Part shown: one piece after another, positions 29,511 through 42,013 of the stretch | How positions within the stretch are numbered: position 1 is the stretch's first letter | Layout of the letters: every line of letters begins with the position of its first letter | NCBI GenBank assembly: GCA_963725865.1 | Contig: CAVSAC010000014.1 | Span: forward strand, 544,001-608,000 | DNA length: 64,000 nt | From: Candidatus Eiseniibacteriota bacterium | GTDB lineage: Bacteria; Eisenbacteria; RBG-16-71-46 | Reading direction: 5' to 3' | Program-made: the position numbers and the translations under genes | Notes under the pieces: generated by a model | The model's input: the letters and a program-made list of their open reading frames with translations, nothing else | Told to the model about the DNA's origin: nothing | Database searches by the model: none

Positions 29511-30998
29511 ATGACGTCGCGTTCGCTCCCCCCCGAGCCCGAGATCGACGACCGCGTCAGTGGCAACCACCTCTGGCTCATCCACAAGTGCGAGCGACGC
29601 CTGTGGCTCGATCGCCACGCGGGCCTCGAGGCCTCGCTCCCGGGAGAATTCGAGGAGCTGCTGAAGCTCCGCGGCAAGGAGCACGAGGCGGACGTGCGCT
29701 CGCGCATGTCGCCGTGCGAAGGGCCGCTGCACTGGCGCGGGCGGCCGATCGAGGAGTCCATCGCCGACACGCTCCGGCTGCTGCGCGAATCGCGCGCCAC
29801 GCTCTACCAGCCGGCGCTGGTCTCGGCCGAGCGGGACGCGGTCGGCGTCCCGGACTTCCTCTACTGGGACGACGCCACGCCGGTGATCCACGATGCCAAG
29901 CTGGCGACCGATCTCAAGAGCCACGACGAGATCCCTCTGCAGCTGACCCACTACGCGGCGCTGCTCGCGGACATGGGTCTTCCGGGAGCTCGCCTGGAGA
30001 TCACCGACGGCCGCCGGGAGCGGGTGGTGATCGAGCCGGTCCCACGCGCCCACTACCTCGAGCGCCGGGCCCGCGCGGCGGAACTCCTGCGCGGGGGGTC
30101 CGAGCCCGACGTGCTGCTCGCTCACTCGACCTGCATCGCGTGTCCGTTCTACGACCACTGCTGGGACCGCGCGGAGGCCGAGCACCGCGTGGAGGTGCTG
30201 GCGGACGTCTGGGTCAGCACGGTCCCGGTGCTCCACGAGCGCGGCGTGCGCACGATCGAACAGCTCGCCGCCCTCGAGCCCGGCACTGTGCAGGCGAAGG
30301 GGCTGGGCAAGCGCGCCGTCACCATGGTGCACGAGGCGCGAGCCCATCGCGATCGGCGCCCCGTCTGGCTGGAGCGCCCGCAGCTGCCCGCGGGCCGACC
30401 GCTGGTCTGGTTCGATCTCGAGGGGGTGACCGACCTCGAGGAGTGTCCGGATCCGATCTACCTGTGGGGCCTCGCGGTGGAAGGCGAAGCGGGCGAACTG
30501 GTGGCGGAGGCCATCTTCGCCGAGCCCGGAGCGGAGGGGCAGCGCGCGGCCTGGGAGCGATTCGTCGAACGGGCGACCGGGATCCTCGATCGCTGGCCGG
30601 ACTCGCGCTGGATCCACTACGCGAGCTACGAGCACACCTGGGTCAAGAAGTACGCGGAGCGGTTCGGCGCGCCGGCGGGGTTCCTTCAGCGGATGGAACG
30701 CGCGCTGTGGGACCTCTACCAGCGCGGCATCGTGCCCTGGGTTCGCCTGCCTCTACGCTCGTACTCCATCAAGCACGTGGCTCCTCACGCGGGATTCGAA
30801 TGGAGCGATCACGAATCCGGCTCGCTCTGGTCGGTCGTGCAGTACCAGAAGGCGATGGCCACCCGCGACCCGGCGGAGCGCCGGGGTCTGCTGGACTCCA
30901 TCGCCCGCTACAACGCCGACGACCTGCGCGCGATGCGCGCGGTGTGGCGCTGGATCGAGCGCGAGGCGCCGCGCCAGGAGCGGTCGCGGCCCGCTTGA
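29511..30998 (+). CDS. TM0106-family RecB-like nuclease with HhH and RNase H-like domains
   Basis: PDFL...DAK...QLTHY nuclease motifs, Cys pattern C...CIACPFYDHC, FDLE, YLWG, SYSIK, YNADDL. Confidence 0.88.
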   Translation: MTSRSLPPEPEIDDRVSGNHLWLIHKCERRLWLDRHAGLEASLPGEFEELLKLRGKEHEADVRSRMSPCEGPLHWRGRPIEESIADTLRLLRESRATLYQPALVSAERDAVGVPDFLYWDDATPVIHDAKLATDLKSHDEIPLQLTHYAALLADMGLPGARLEITDGRRERVVIEPVPRAHYLERRARAAELLRGGSEPDVLLAHSTCIACPFYDHCWDRAEAEHRVEVLADVWVSTVPVLHERGVRTIEQLAALEPGTVQAKGLGKRAVTMVHEARAHRDRRPVWLERPQLPAGRPLVWFDLEGVTDLEECPDPIYLWGLAVEGEAGELVAEAIFAEPGAEGQRAAWERFVERATGILDRWPDSRWIHYASYEHTWVKKYAERFGAPAGFLQRMERALWDLYQRGIVPWVRLPLRSYSIKHVAPHAGFEWSDHESGSLWSVVQYQKAMATRDPAERRGLLDSIARYNADDLRAMRAVWRWIEREAPRQERSRPA

Positions 30999-31060
30999 CT
31001 TGGACCCGCCACCGCCCCGAGAATCGCGGCCCGCTGACCCGCGGGGACGCCCTTTTTCGT

Positions 31061-31136
31061 GGCGGTGTAGCTCAGCTGGTAGAGCAGGGGAATCATAATC
31101 CCTGTGTCGGGGGTTCGAATCCCTCCGCCGCCACCA
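31061..31136 (+). tRNA. tRNA-Met(CAT), probably elongator
   Basis: Cloverleaf with GGCGGTG acceptor stem, D-arm GCTCAGCTGGTAGAGC, anticodon loop ATCATAA, T-loop GTTCGAATC, encoded CCA. G1-C72 is paired, so it is not the initiator. Confidence 0.95.
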
Positions 31137-31153
31137 TCTCTCACCCATCCTGC

Positions 31154-32587
31154 ATGCGCCTGCGTCGCGTCGAGCCGGTCGTGCGTCGCGCCCTGCGAGG
31201 GCCGTGCGCCCTGCCGCCCGGCGCGCGACTGCTGGTGGCCGTGAGCGGCGGCGCCGACTCGACCGCGCTCCTGATCGGCCTGCGCGCGGTCGCCCCCGCG
31301 TTCCGCCTCGAGCTCCACGCCGCGCATCTCGATCACGGATTGCGCGGCGCCGACTCGGCGGCGGACGCCGCGGCGTGTCACGCGCTCTGCGAACGGCTCG
31401 GCGTGCCGCTGACCACCGCGCGCATCGACGCGCGCGCGCGGATGCGCCGGCGCGGCCTCGCCGGCGAGAATGGCCTGCGCACCCTGCGGCGCGAGTTCCT
31501 GCTCGCCACCGCGCGGCGCGTGGCGGCGGCGGCGATCGCGACCGGACACACCGCCGACGATCAGCTCGAGACGCTGCTGTTGCGGCTGATGCGCGGCAGC
31601 GGGCTCACCGGACTGGGCGGCATCCGCCCGCGCCGCGGGCGGTTCGTGCGCCCGCTGCTCTCCGCTACCCGCTCGATGATCGAGGCCGACCTGCGCGGCT
31701 CGGGCCAGCGCTGGTGCACCGACGCCACCAACCGCTCCCGCGCCTACGCGCGCAACCGGGTGCGCCACCAGGTCGTGCCTGCGCTGCTGGCGGCGCTGGG
31801 GCCGGCCGGCGCCGGCGCCCGGGCGCACGAGCGGCTGGCGCTGCGGGCCGCCGCGGTCGCCGCGGAGGCCGCCGACGCGGCCGCCATCCTGCACGCCAGG
31901 GCCTCCGCCATCCTATTGCGGCGCTCGCGCATCCAAGCCGGGGAGGGCACGCTTGCGTCCCGTGGGTGGGCTGCCTACCCTGCCGTGATCCGTCGCATGG
32001 TGTTGCGCGCCTTCTGGAGGCGCCTGGCGCCGCGCGTGGGCGGGCTTACGCGACATCAGCTCGACCCCCTCGACCGGCTGGTCGCGGGCGGGCGCGGGGG
32101 TGCGCGGGTGATGCTCCCCGGCGGCCGGGTGGCCGAACGCGAGGCCGGAGTCGTAACCTTCCGGGTGAACAGGAGCCGACCCCGCCGGGAGTCCGTGGCG
32201 GCGCGCGCGCTGCGCGTGCCCGGGCGGGCGCCCGCGAACGCGGGGGCGGTCCGGAGCAGTTGGACCAGTGGCGCGATCGCGCGCCGCAGCGCGGGGCGGG
32301 CGAGCCCGCGCGAGGAGTACTTCGCCGCCGAGGGCCTGGCGGGCAGGTTGGAGGTGCGTGACGGTCGTGCCGACGAGTGGTTCGTGCCGTTCGGACGGTC
32401 GCGCCCGGTGCGTCTGAAGGAGTTCTTGCGGAAGCAGCCGGTTTCCCGGGACCTGAGGTCCCATCCGAGCGTACTAGCCGACGCCGGAGGCATCCTGTGG
32501 GTGGTGGGCGTGCGGCGCGCCGCGCGAGCGGCGGTGACGCGGTCCACCCGGCGGGCCCTCCGGGTCCTCGTGGAGTCCCATGACTGA
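31154..32587 (+). CDS. tilS: tRNA(Ile)-lysidine synthetase
   Basis: VAVSGGADS, HLDHGLR, TGHTADDQLET, RPLL, DATN...RNRVR, TilS_C region ILWVVG. Confidence 0.95.
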   Translation: MRLRRVEPVVRRALRGPCALPPGARLLVAVSGGADSTALLIGLRAVAPAFRLELHAAHLDHGLRGADSAADAAACHALCERLGVPLTTARIDARARMRRRGLAGENGLRTLRREFLLATARRVAAAAIATGHTADDQLETLLLRLMRGSGLTGLGGIRPRRGRFVRPLLSATRSMIEADLRGSGQRWCTDATNRSRAYARNRVRHQVVPALLAALGPAGAGARAHERLALRAAAVAAEAADAAAILHARASAILLRRSRIQAGEGTLASRGWAAYPAVIRRMVLRAFWRRLAPRVGGLTRHQLDPLDRLVAGGRGGARVMLPGGRVAEREAGVVTFRVNRSRPRRESVAARALRVPGRAPANAGAVRSSWTSGAIARRSAGRASPREEYFAAEGLAGRLEVRDGRADEWFVPFGRSRPVRLKEFLRKQPVSRDLRSHPSVLADAGGILWVVGVRRAARAAVTRSTRRALRVLVESHD

Positions 32588-33131
32588 CCATCCGCCCGCC
32601 GTCCAGACCGAGCCCGGCCTCCGGGTGATGTTCTCCGCCGAGCAGATCCAGACGCGCGTGCGCGAGCTGGGACTGGAGCTGGCGCGGGACTATGCCGGCA
32701 AGAAGCCGCTGTTCGTGGCCGTGCTCAAGGGCGCCTGCATGTTCCAGTGCGACCTGGCCCGGGCGACGCCGATCGATCTGGAGCTCGACTTCCTCGCGGT
32801 GTCGTCGTACGGACGCAGCACCACGTCGAGCGGGAACGTGAAGCTGATCATGGACCTCCGCTCGGACATCAGCGGGCGCCATCTGGTGCTCTGTGAGGGC
32901 GTCGTGGACTCGGGGCTCAGCGTGCGGTTCATCCTCGATCTGCTGAAATCCCGCGGTGCCGCGAGCATCAAAGTGGCGGCGCTGCTGGACAAGCGCCCGT
33001 GCCGCAAGCTGGAGGTGCCGGTCGACTACGCGGGCTGGACCATCGGCTCCGAGTTCGTGATCGGCTATGGAATGGATTTCGAGGAGCGGTACCGCAATCT
33101 GCCCTACGTGGGCGTCGTCGAGGAGGCGTGA
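32580..33131 (+). CDS. hpt: Hypoxanthine phosphoribosyltransferase
   Basis: [36 protein letters not shown]; tilS-hpt-ftsH synteny. Confidence 0.92.
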   Translation: MTDHPPAVQTEPGLRVMFSAEQIQTRVRELGLELARDYAGKKPLFVAVLKGACMFQCDLARATPIDLELDFLAVSSYGRSTTSSGNVKLIMDLRSDISGRHLVLCEGVVDSGLSVRFILDLLKSRGAASIKVAALLDKRPCRKLEVPVDYAGWTIGSEFVIGYGMDFEERYRNLPYVGVVEEA

Positions 33132-33135
33132 TCCG

Positions 33136-35211
<2,076 letters not shown>

Positions 35212-35562
35212 CCGCTCGACATTTCGCGGACATCCGGGCGCCCGGCCTCACGGTCGGGCGCCCGTCGCATGTGCGGGCTGGCAGCCGGGCGGGTGGACCC
35301 GGGCCGTGGCTGCGCACGCGCCCACTCAGGACGCGGGGCCGGTGGCCCCCAGCCAGGGTGCCGCGTCCGGCGCCGCGGGAGCCGCGCTGGCCCGCCCGCA
35401 CCGGGGTCACCACGAGGTTTCACGTCCGCCTTGCAACTTTGTAGGCCGCTCGAACGTCCAATCGTGCGTCACGTGAATGCGACGCGTGGCGAGCGACCCT
35501 CCAGTCGTGATGGTCTTCCGGAGCGAGCCGGAGCGGTGAGGCAAGCACCGCGACGCCGGCAG

Positions 35563-35600
35563 AAACGCCCGGCCAGAGGATGGCCGGGCGTTCGCGTTTT
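35563..35600 (+). terminator. Rho-independent terminator-like hairpin between convergent ftsH and fadJ
   Basis: AACGCCCGGCCA-GAGGA-TGGCCGGGCGTT followed by CGCGTTTT. Confidence 0.6.
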
Positions 35601-35694
35601 CGCGCGGCGCAGTCGCGCGGCGTGGGTCGAGGGAGCGGGCGATCGCGACTGCGTGGCGGGTGCGGGCTCCGCTCTGCGGCCGACGCCCCCCGCT

Positions 35695-37845
35695 TCAGCT
35701 CCGCGGCGGCGGATCGGTGAACGTCGTCCCATCCGTCACCTTGCGACTCAGCAGCTTCGCGGGCGCGAACCGCTCGCCCTTCTCGGCGCGCAGCGCGGTC
35801 AGCCGCGCCTCGACCTTCGCCAGCCCGAGCGTGTCGGCCCAGCGCAGCACGCCGCCGCGGTACGGCGGGAACCCGGTGCCGAAGATCATCGCCAGGTCGA
35901 GCATGCCGGCATCCGCCACCACGCCCTCCTCGAGGCAGCGCACCGCCTCGTTGATCATCGCGAGCACCATGCGATCCGAGAGCGCCTCGAGGCTCGGCGC
36001 CTTGCGCTCGCGCCTCATCCCCAGCAGCGCCGCGAGCGAGCCGTCCGGCTCGCGCTTGCGGCCGCGATGGCGGTAGAAGCCGAGTCCGCTCTTCCTGCCC
36101 AGCCGGCCCGCCTCGACCAGCTTGGCGAGCGCCGGCGCCTCCGTCATGTGGTCGGGGAACGCCTTCGCGAGCACCGCGGCCACCTTGCTGGCCACGTCCA
36201 GGCCGACCTCGTCCACCACCTCGAACGGTCCCATCGGCATCCCGAAGCGCTTCATGGACGCGTCGATGTCGGCGATCGGGAAGCCCTCCTCGAGCAGGTG
36301 GAGCGCCTCGCGCAGGTAGGGCATCAGGATCCGGTTCACCACGAAGCCGGGCGCGTCGCGCACCACCACCGGGGTCTTGCCCATCCGGCGCGCGAGCGCC
36401 ACCGCGCTGACGAGCGCGGCGTCGCCGGTGGCCTGGCCGCGCACCACCTCGACCAGCGGCATGCGATGGACGGGGTTGAAGAAGTGGAAACCGCAGAAGC
36501 GCTCGGGGTGCTGCAGCCCGGAGGCGAGCGCCTCGACCGAGAGCGACGAGGTGTTGGTGGCGAGCAGCGCCTCGGGGCGCATGCGCACCTCGAGCTCCGC
36601 GAACACCCGGCGCTTGATGTCGAGATCCTCGACCACCGCCTCCATCGCGAAGTCCGCGCGTTGCACGCCCGACAGCTCGACCGTGGTCGTGACGCGCGCC
36701 ATCTGGTTGTCACGCTCGCCGGCTCCCGTGCGCTTCTTGCGGCCGCGCTCCTCGATCAGCCCGCGCATCGTCACCAGCGCGCGCGTCAGCGCTGCCGGCG
36801 CGATGTCGCGTACGCGCACCTCGATCCCGCTGCGGCTCGCCAGCTCGGCGATGCCGCCGCCCATCAGGCCCGCGCCGACCAGCACCATGCGGTCGATGCG
36901 CGCCGGCTGGAGCGTCGCGTCCGCCACCACCGCATCCTTCTTGGCGCGCTCCGAGAGCAGGAAGATCCGCACGAGGTTCTTGCACACCGGCCCGGTGACC
37001 AGGTGCGCGATCTCCTCGACCTCCAGCGCCAGCCCGCGCTCGAGCGGCTGGCCGGCCCCGTGCTCGAGCACCCGCAGGATGGCGTTGGGCGCGGGATAGT
37101 TCCCGCCGGTGCGCGCCTTGACCGAGCCGCGCGCCTGACTGAACGCGAGCGCGCGTCCGAACGGCGTGCGGTCGAGGAACCACGCCATCGCGTCCCGCGG
37201 ACGGTAGCGGTCGCGGCGCGTGGACGCCGGCCGCGCCAGCAGCTCGCGGACGCGCCGCTCGGCGGCCTCGACCAGCCACACCCCCGGCACCGCGCGCGCG
37301 ATCAGGCCCATGCGCTCGGCGCGCCGCGCGTCGAGCGCGCGGCCGCTCAGCAGCAGGTCGAGCGCCGCCGGCAGCCCGATCAAGCGCGGCAGCCGCGTGG
37401 TGCCGCCGAAGCCGGGCAGGATGCCGAGCAGCACTTCGGGCAGCCCGATCTGGGTGCCCGGCTCCTCGCTCGCGACGCGCGAGTGGCAAGCCAGTGCCAA
37501 CTCGGTGCCGCCGCCGAGGCACACACCGTCGATCGCCGCGACGGTCGGCACCGTGAGCGCCGCCAGCCGGCCGTACGCCGTGTGGGCACGGCGCACCAGC
37601 GCCTTCACGCGCTCGGGATCGGTGATCGAGGCGATCGCCTGCACGTCGGCGCCGGCGACGAACGAGCCATTCTTGCCGCTGCGCACGATCACGCCCCGCA
37701 CGCCCGGATCGGACTCGAGCTGCGCGAGGGCCGCCTCGAGACTCTCGAACGCCGCCTCGTCCAGCACGTTGATACGACGCGCCGGATCGTCCATCACCAG
37801 ATGGGCCAGCCCCTCGGCTCCGCGGTCGATGCGGAACGCGCTCAT
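35695..37845 (-). CDS. fadJ: Fatty-acid oxidation complex alpha subunit (enoyl-CoA hydratase/3-hydroxyacyl-CoA dehydrogenase)
   Basis: FVAGAD, CLGGGTELAL, GLPEVLLGILPGFGGT, GAGLMGGGI, EAVVED, TNTSSL, HFFNPV, PGFVVNR. Confidence 0.93.
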   Translation of the reverse strand: MSAFRIDRGAEGLAHLVMDDPARRINVLDEAAFESLEAALAQLESDPGVRGVIVRSGKNGSFVAGADVQAIASITDPERVKALVRRAHTAYGRLAALTVPTVAAIDGVCLGGGTELALACHSRVASEEPGTQIGLPEVLLGILPGFGGTTRLPRLIGLPAALDLLLSGRALDARRAERMGLIARAVPGVWLVEAAERRVRELLARPASTRRDRYRPRDAMAWFLDRTPFGRALAFSQARGSVKARTGGNYPAPNAILRVLEHGAGQPLERGLALEVEEIAHLVTGPVCKNLVRIFLLSERAKKDAVVADATLQPARIDRMVLVGAGLMGGGIAELASRSGIEVRVRDIAPAALTRALVTMRGLIEERGRKKRTGAGERDNQMARVTTTVELSGVQRADFAMEAVVEDLDIKRRVFAELEVRMRPEALLATNTSSLSVEALASGLQHPERFCGFHFFNPVHRMPLVEVVRGQATGDAALVSAVALARRMGKTPVVVRDAPGFVVNRILMPYLREALHLLEEGFPIADIDASMKRFGMPMGPFEVVDEVGLDVASKVAAVLAKAFPDHMTEAPALAKLVEAGRLGRKSGLGFYRHRGRKREPDGSLAALLGMRRERKAPSLEALSDRMVLAMINEAVRCLEEGVVADAGMLDLAMIFGTGFPPYRGGVLRWADTLGLAKVEARLTALRAEKGERFAPAKLLSRKVTDGTTFTDPPPRS

Positions 37846-39125
37846 GACGCGCGCTCCAGAACGAACGCCGCGCCCTGCCCGCCACCCACGCAGAGCGAGG
37901 CGATCCCGCGCTGCGCGCCACGGCGGCGCAGCTCCATCAGCAGCGTGAGCAGCAACCGCGCGCCGCTGGCGCCGACCGGGTGCCCGAGCGCGATCGCGCC
38001 CCCGTTCACGTTCAACCGCTCGCGCGGGATCGCGCCGAGCGCGCGATCGCGCCCCAGCTCGTCGCGCGCGAACGCGGGCGACTTCGACGCCGCCAGGCAG
38101 GCCAGCACCTGCGCGGCGAACGCCTCGTTGATCTCGATCAGCTCCATGTCGTCGAGCGCCAGCCCGGCCTTCGCGAGCGCCTGCGACATCGCGAACACCG
38201 GGCCGAGCCCCATGCGCCGGGGCGACAGCCCCGCGAACGCGAACGAGTGGATGCGCCCGAGCGGCGGCGTCGGCCAGGCCTGCGCGGTGGCGTCGTCGCC
38301 GATCAGCAGCGCGACCGCCCCGTCGGTGATCGGACACGAGTTGCCGACCGTCACGGTGCCGTTGCGGCGGTCGAAGAACGGCTTGAGCTTCGCGAGCTGC
38401 TCGATCGTCTGGCCCTCGCGCGGACCGACATCGTCCATCACCGCCTCGTGCTTGGGTGGCGGGAACACCGGCACGATCTCCTCGCGCAGCCGTTCGCGCG
38501 CGGCGAGGGTGCGCACGTGGCTCTCGAGCGAGTAGGCGTCCTGCTGCTCGCGCGTGATCCGGAACTCGCGGCTGAGCACCTCGGCGGTCTGCCCCATGTT
38601 GAGTCCGCAGGTGAGGTCGGTGAGCCCCTCCATGATCGAGATGCGCGGCGCCAGCATTCTTGGACGGAACGCGGCGAATGCGCCGAGCTTCTGCACCGGG
38701 GACTTCGCCCGCATCAGGCCTTCGAGCCAGTCGGAGTAGTCGAAGTTGTACATCAGCGGGATCTGGCTCATGGACTCCATGCCGCCGGCCAGCACCAGCG
38801 AGGCTTCGCCGGCGCGAATGCGCAGCGCCGCATCCGCCACCGACTCCATCCCCGACGCGCAGTTGCGGTGCACGGTGAACCCGGGCACGCGCTCCGGGAT
38901 GCCGGCGCGCAGCGCGGTCACGCGGGCGACGTTGGCGGCCTCGGCGGGCTGGGCGCAGTTGCCGAGGATGACCTCGTCGAGGCGCGCCGGATCGAGGTCC
39001 TGGCGGGCCAGCAGCTCGGCCAGGACCACGCGTCCCAGCTCGTAGACCGGGGTGCGCCTGAAGACCGTGCCCGACTTGGCGAACGGCGTGCGCAGCCCGG
39101 CCAGGATCCAGACCGCATCGCTCAT
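37842..39125 (-). CDS. fadI: 3-ketoacyl-CoA thiolase
   Basis: RTPF, RNCASG, DGA, EINEAFA, GGAIALGHPVGASG, LCVGGGQG. Confidence 0.93.
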   Translation of the reverse strand: MSDAVWILAGLRTPFAKSGTVFRRTPVYELGRVVLAELLARQDLDPARLDEVILGNCAQPAEAANVARVTALRAGIPERVPGFTVHRNCASGMESVADAALRIRAGEASLVLAGGMESMSQIPLMYNFDYSDWLEGLMRAKSPVQKLGAFAAFRPRMLAPRISIMEGLTDLTCGLNMGQTAEVLSREFRITREQQDAYSLESHVRTLAARERLREEIVPVFPPPKHEAVMDDVGPREGQTIEQLAKLKPFFDRRNGTVTVGNSCPITDGAVALLIGDDATAQAWPTPPLGRIHSFAFAGLSPRRMGLGPVFAMSQALAKAGLALDDMELIEINEAFAAQVLACLAASKSPAFARDELGRDRALGAIPRERLNVNGGAIALGHPVGASGARLLLTLLMELRRRGAQRGIASLCVGGGQGAAFVLERAS

Positions 39126-39135
39126 GGGACCGCCT

Positions 39136-39924
39136 CTAGTGCCGCGGGAGCCGGTTGAGCAGCTCGCGCGCCTCGGCCTGGTACTTCCGGTCGCGTGCGC
39201 TGCTGGTGGGTGCGAGCGAGACCGCCTTGTCGAGCTCGCGCCGCGCGTCGTCCCAGCGCTTGAGCTCCATGTACGTGCGACCGAGCTCCAGCCGGTGGTT
39301 CACGTAGTCGGGCTCCAGCGCGATCGCCCGCTGGAAGTCGCGCACCGAGTTGTCCATCGACGCGCCCTTGGGAACCCCGCCCAGCACGGTGTTGGCAGCC
39401 GTGCGCTCGATGAAGTTGAGGCTCGCGATCTTGCGATTCCAGACCGCGCGCACGTGGTAGGCGCGGCCGATCTCGGGGTCGATCGAGATGGCGCGGTCCA
39501 CCTCGTCCTTGATCTCACGCGACAGCGCGAGCCGGGTCTTGGGGCCCTCCTTGAGCGCCTGGCGGCCGAGCGCCACCGCGAGCCACACGTGCCCGACCGC
39601 ACTGTCCGGCGCGGCCTTCACCGCAGCACGGGCGTGCGCGACCGCCGCCGAGACCAGCCGGCTGCGGGCGTCGTGCTCGGCGTCCTCTCCCAGCTCCGAC
39701 TCGACGCGCGCCAGGCGGCACAGCGTCGGGAACGAACCCGGCTGCTCCTGGAGCGCCGCCTCGTACGCCGCGCGGGCGTCGGCGAGGTCGCCCCGTGCGT
39801 ACATGCGGTCGCCGCGCTCGAGATCCTGAGCGAGCGACTGTGCGGCCGCGGGTCCGGCGGCGAGCATCAGGGCGAACGCCATGAGGGCTGCCGTGGCGGC
39901 ACGGGACCAGTGGTCGACGGCCAT
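39136..39924 (-). CDS. Exported TPR protein resembling the RMDN (RMD-1/PTPIP51) family
   Basis: GGAGGA RBS; signal peptide ending AAA-Q; GHVWLAVALG...IKDEVDRAISIDP...YHVRAVW...ERTAANTVLGGVP...FQRAIALEP...LELGRTY. Confidence 0.75.
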   Translation of the reverse strand: MAVDHWSRAATAALMAFALMLAAGPAAAQSLAQDLERGDRMYARGDLADARAAYEAALQEQPGSFPTLCRLARVESELGEDAEHDARSRLVSAAVAHARAAVKAAPDSAVGHVWLAVALGRQALKEGPKTRLALSREIKDEVDRAISIDPEIGRAYHVRAVWNRKIASLNFIERTAANTVLGGVPKGASMDNSVRDFQRAIALEPDYVNHRLELGRTYMELKRWDDARRELDKAVSLAPTSSARDRKYQAEARELLNRLPRH

Positions 39925-40157
39925 GGTGAAATCCTCCTCCTCGGCGCTCCGTGCGCCGACAGACCGGGCGACTCTCACGCAGCACCGCGACGATGTCAAC
40001 GCTCCAGCCCGCGCGACCCGCCCGCGCCGCGGTGCGTGCGGCCGCACGCGGACGCGCCGGATCCCGTGCGGACCGTTTTCGCTTGAGCGCGCCGTCGCGG
40101 GGTGTTAGTCACTCCCACTCAGGCCGCCCCTCTCCTGCGGCCCACCCGGAGGCCGGC

Positions 40158-41966
<1,809 letters not shown>

Positions 41967-42013
41967 CGCGACGGCAAGGTCGTTCCCAACCCCATTCCAG
42001 GAGACCGGACACG

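Noticed and set aside
29511..31136. Integrative element or CRISPR locus at the tRNA next to the Cas4-like nuclease
   Set aside because: No integrase, no duplicated tRNA 3' end noticed, no repeat-spacer array and no evident composition shift.
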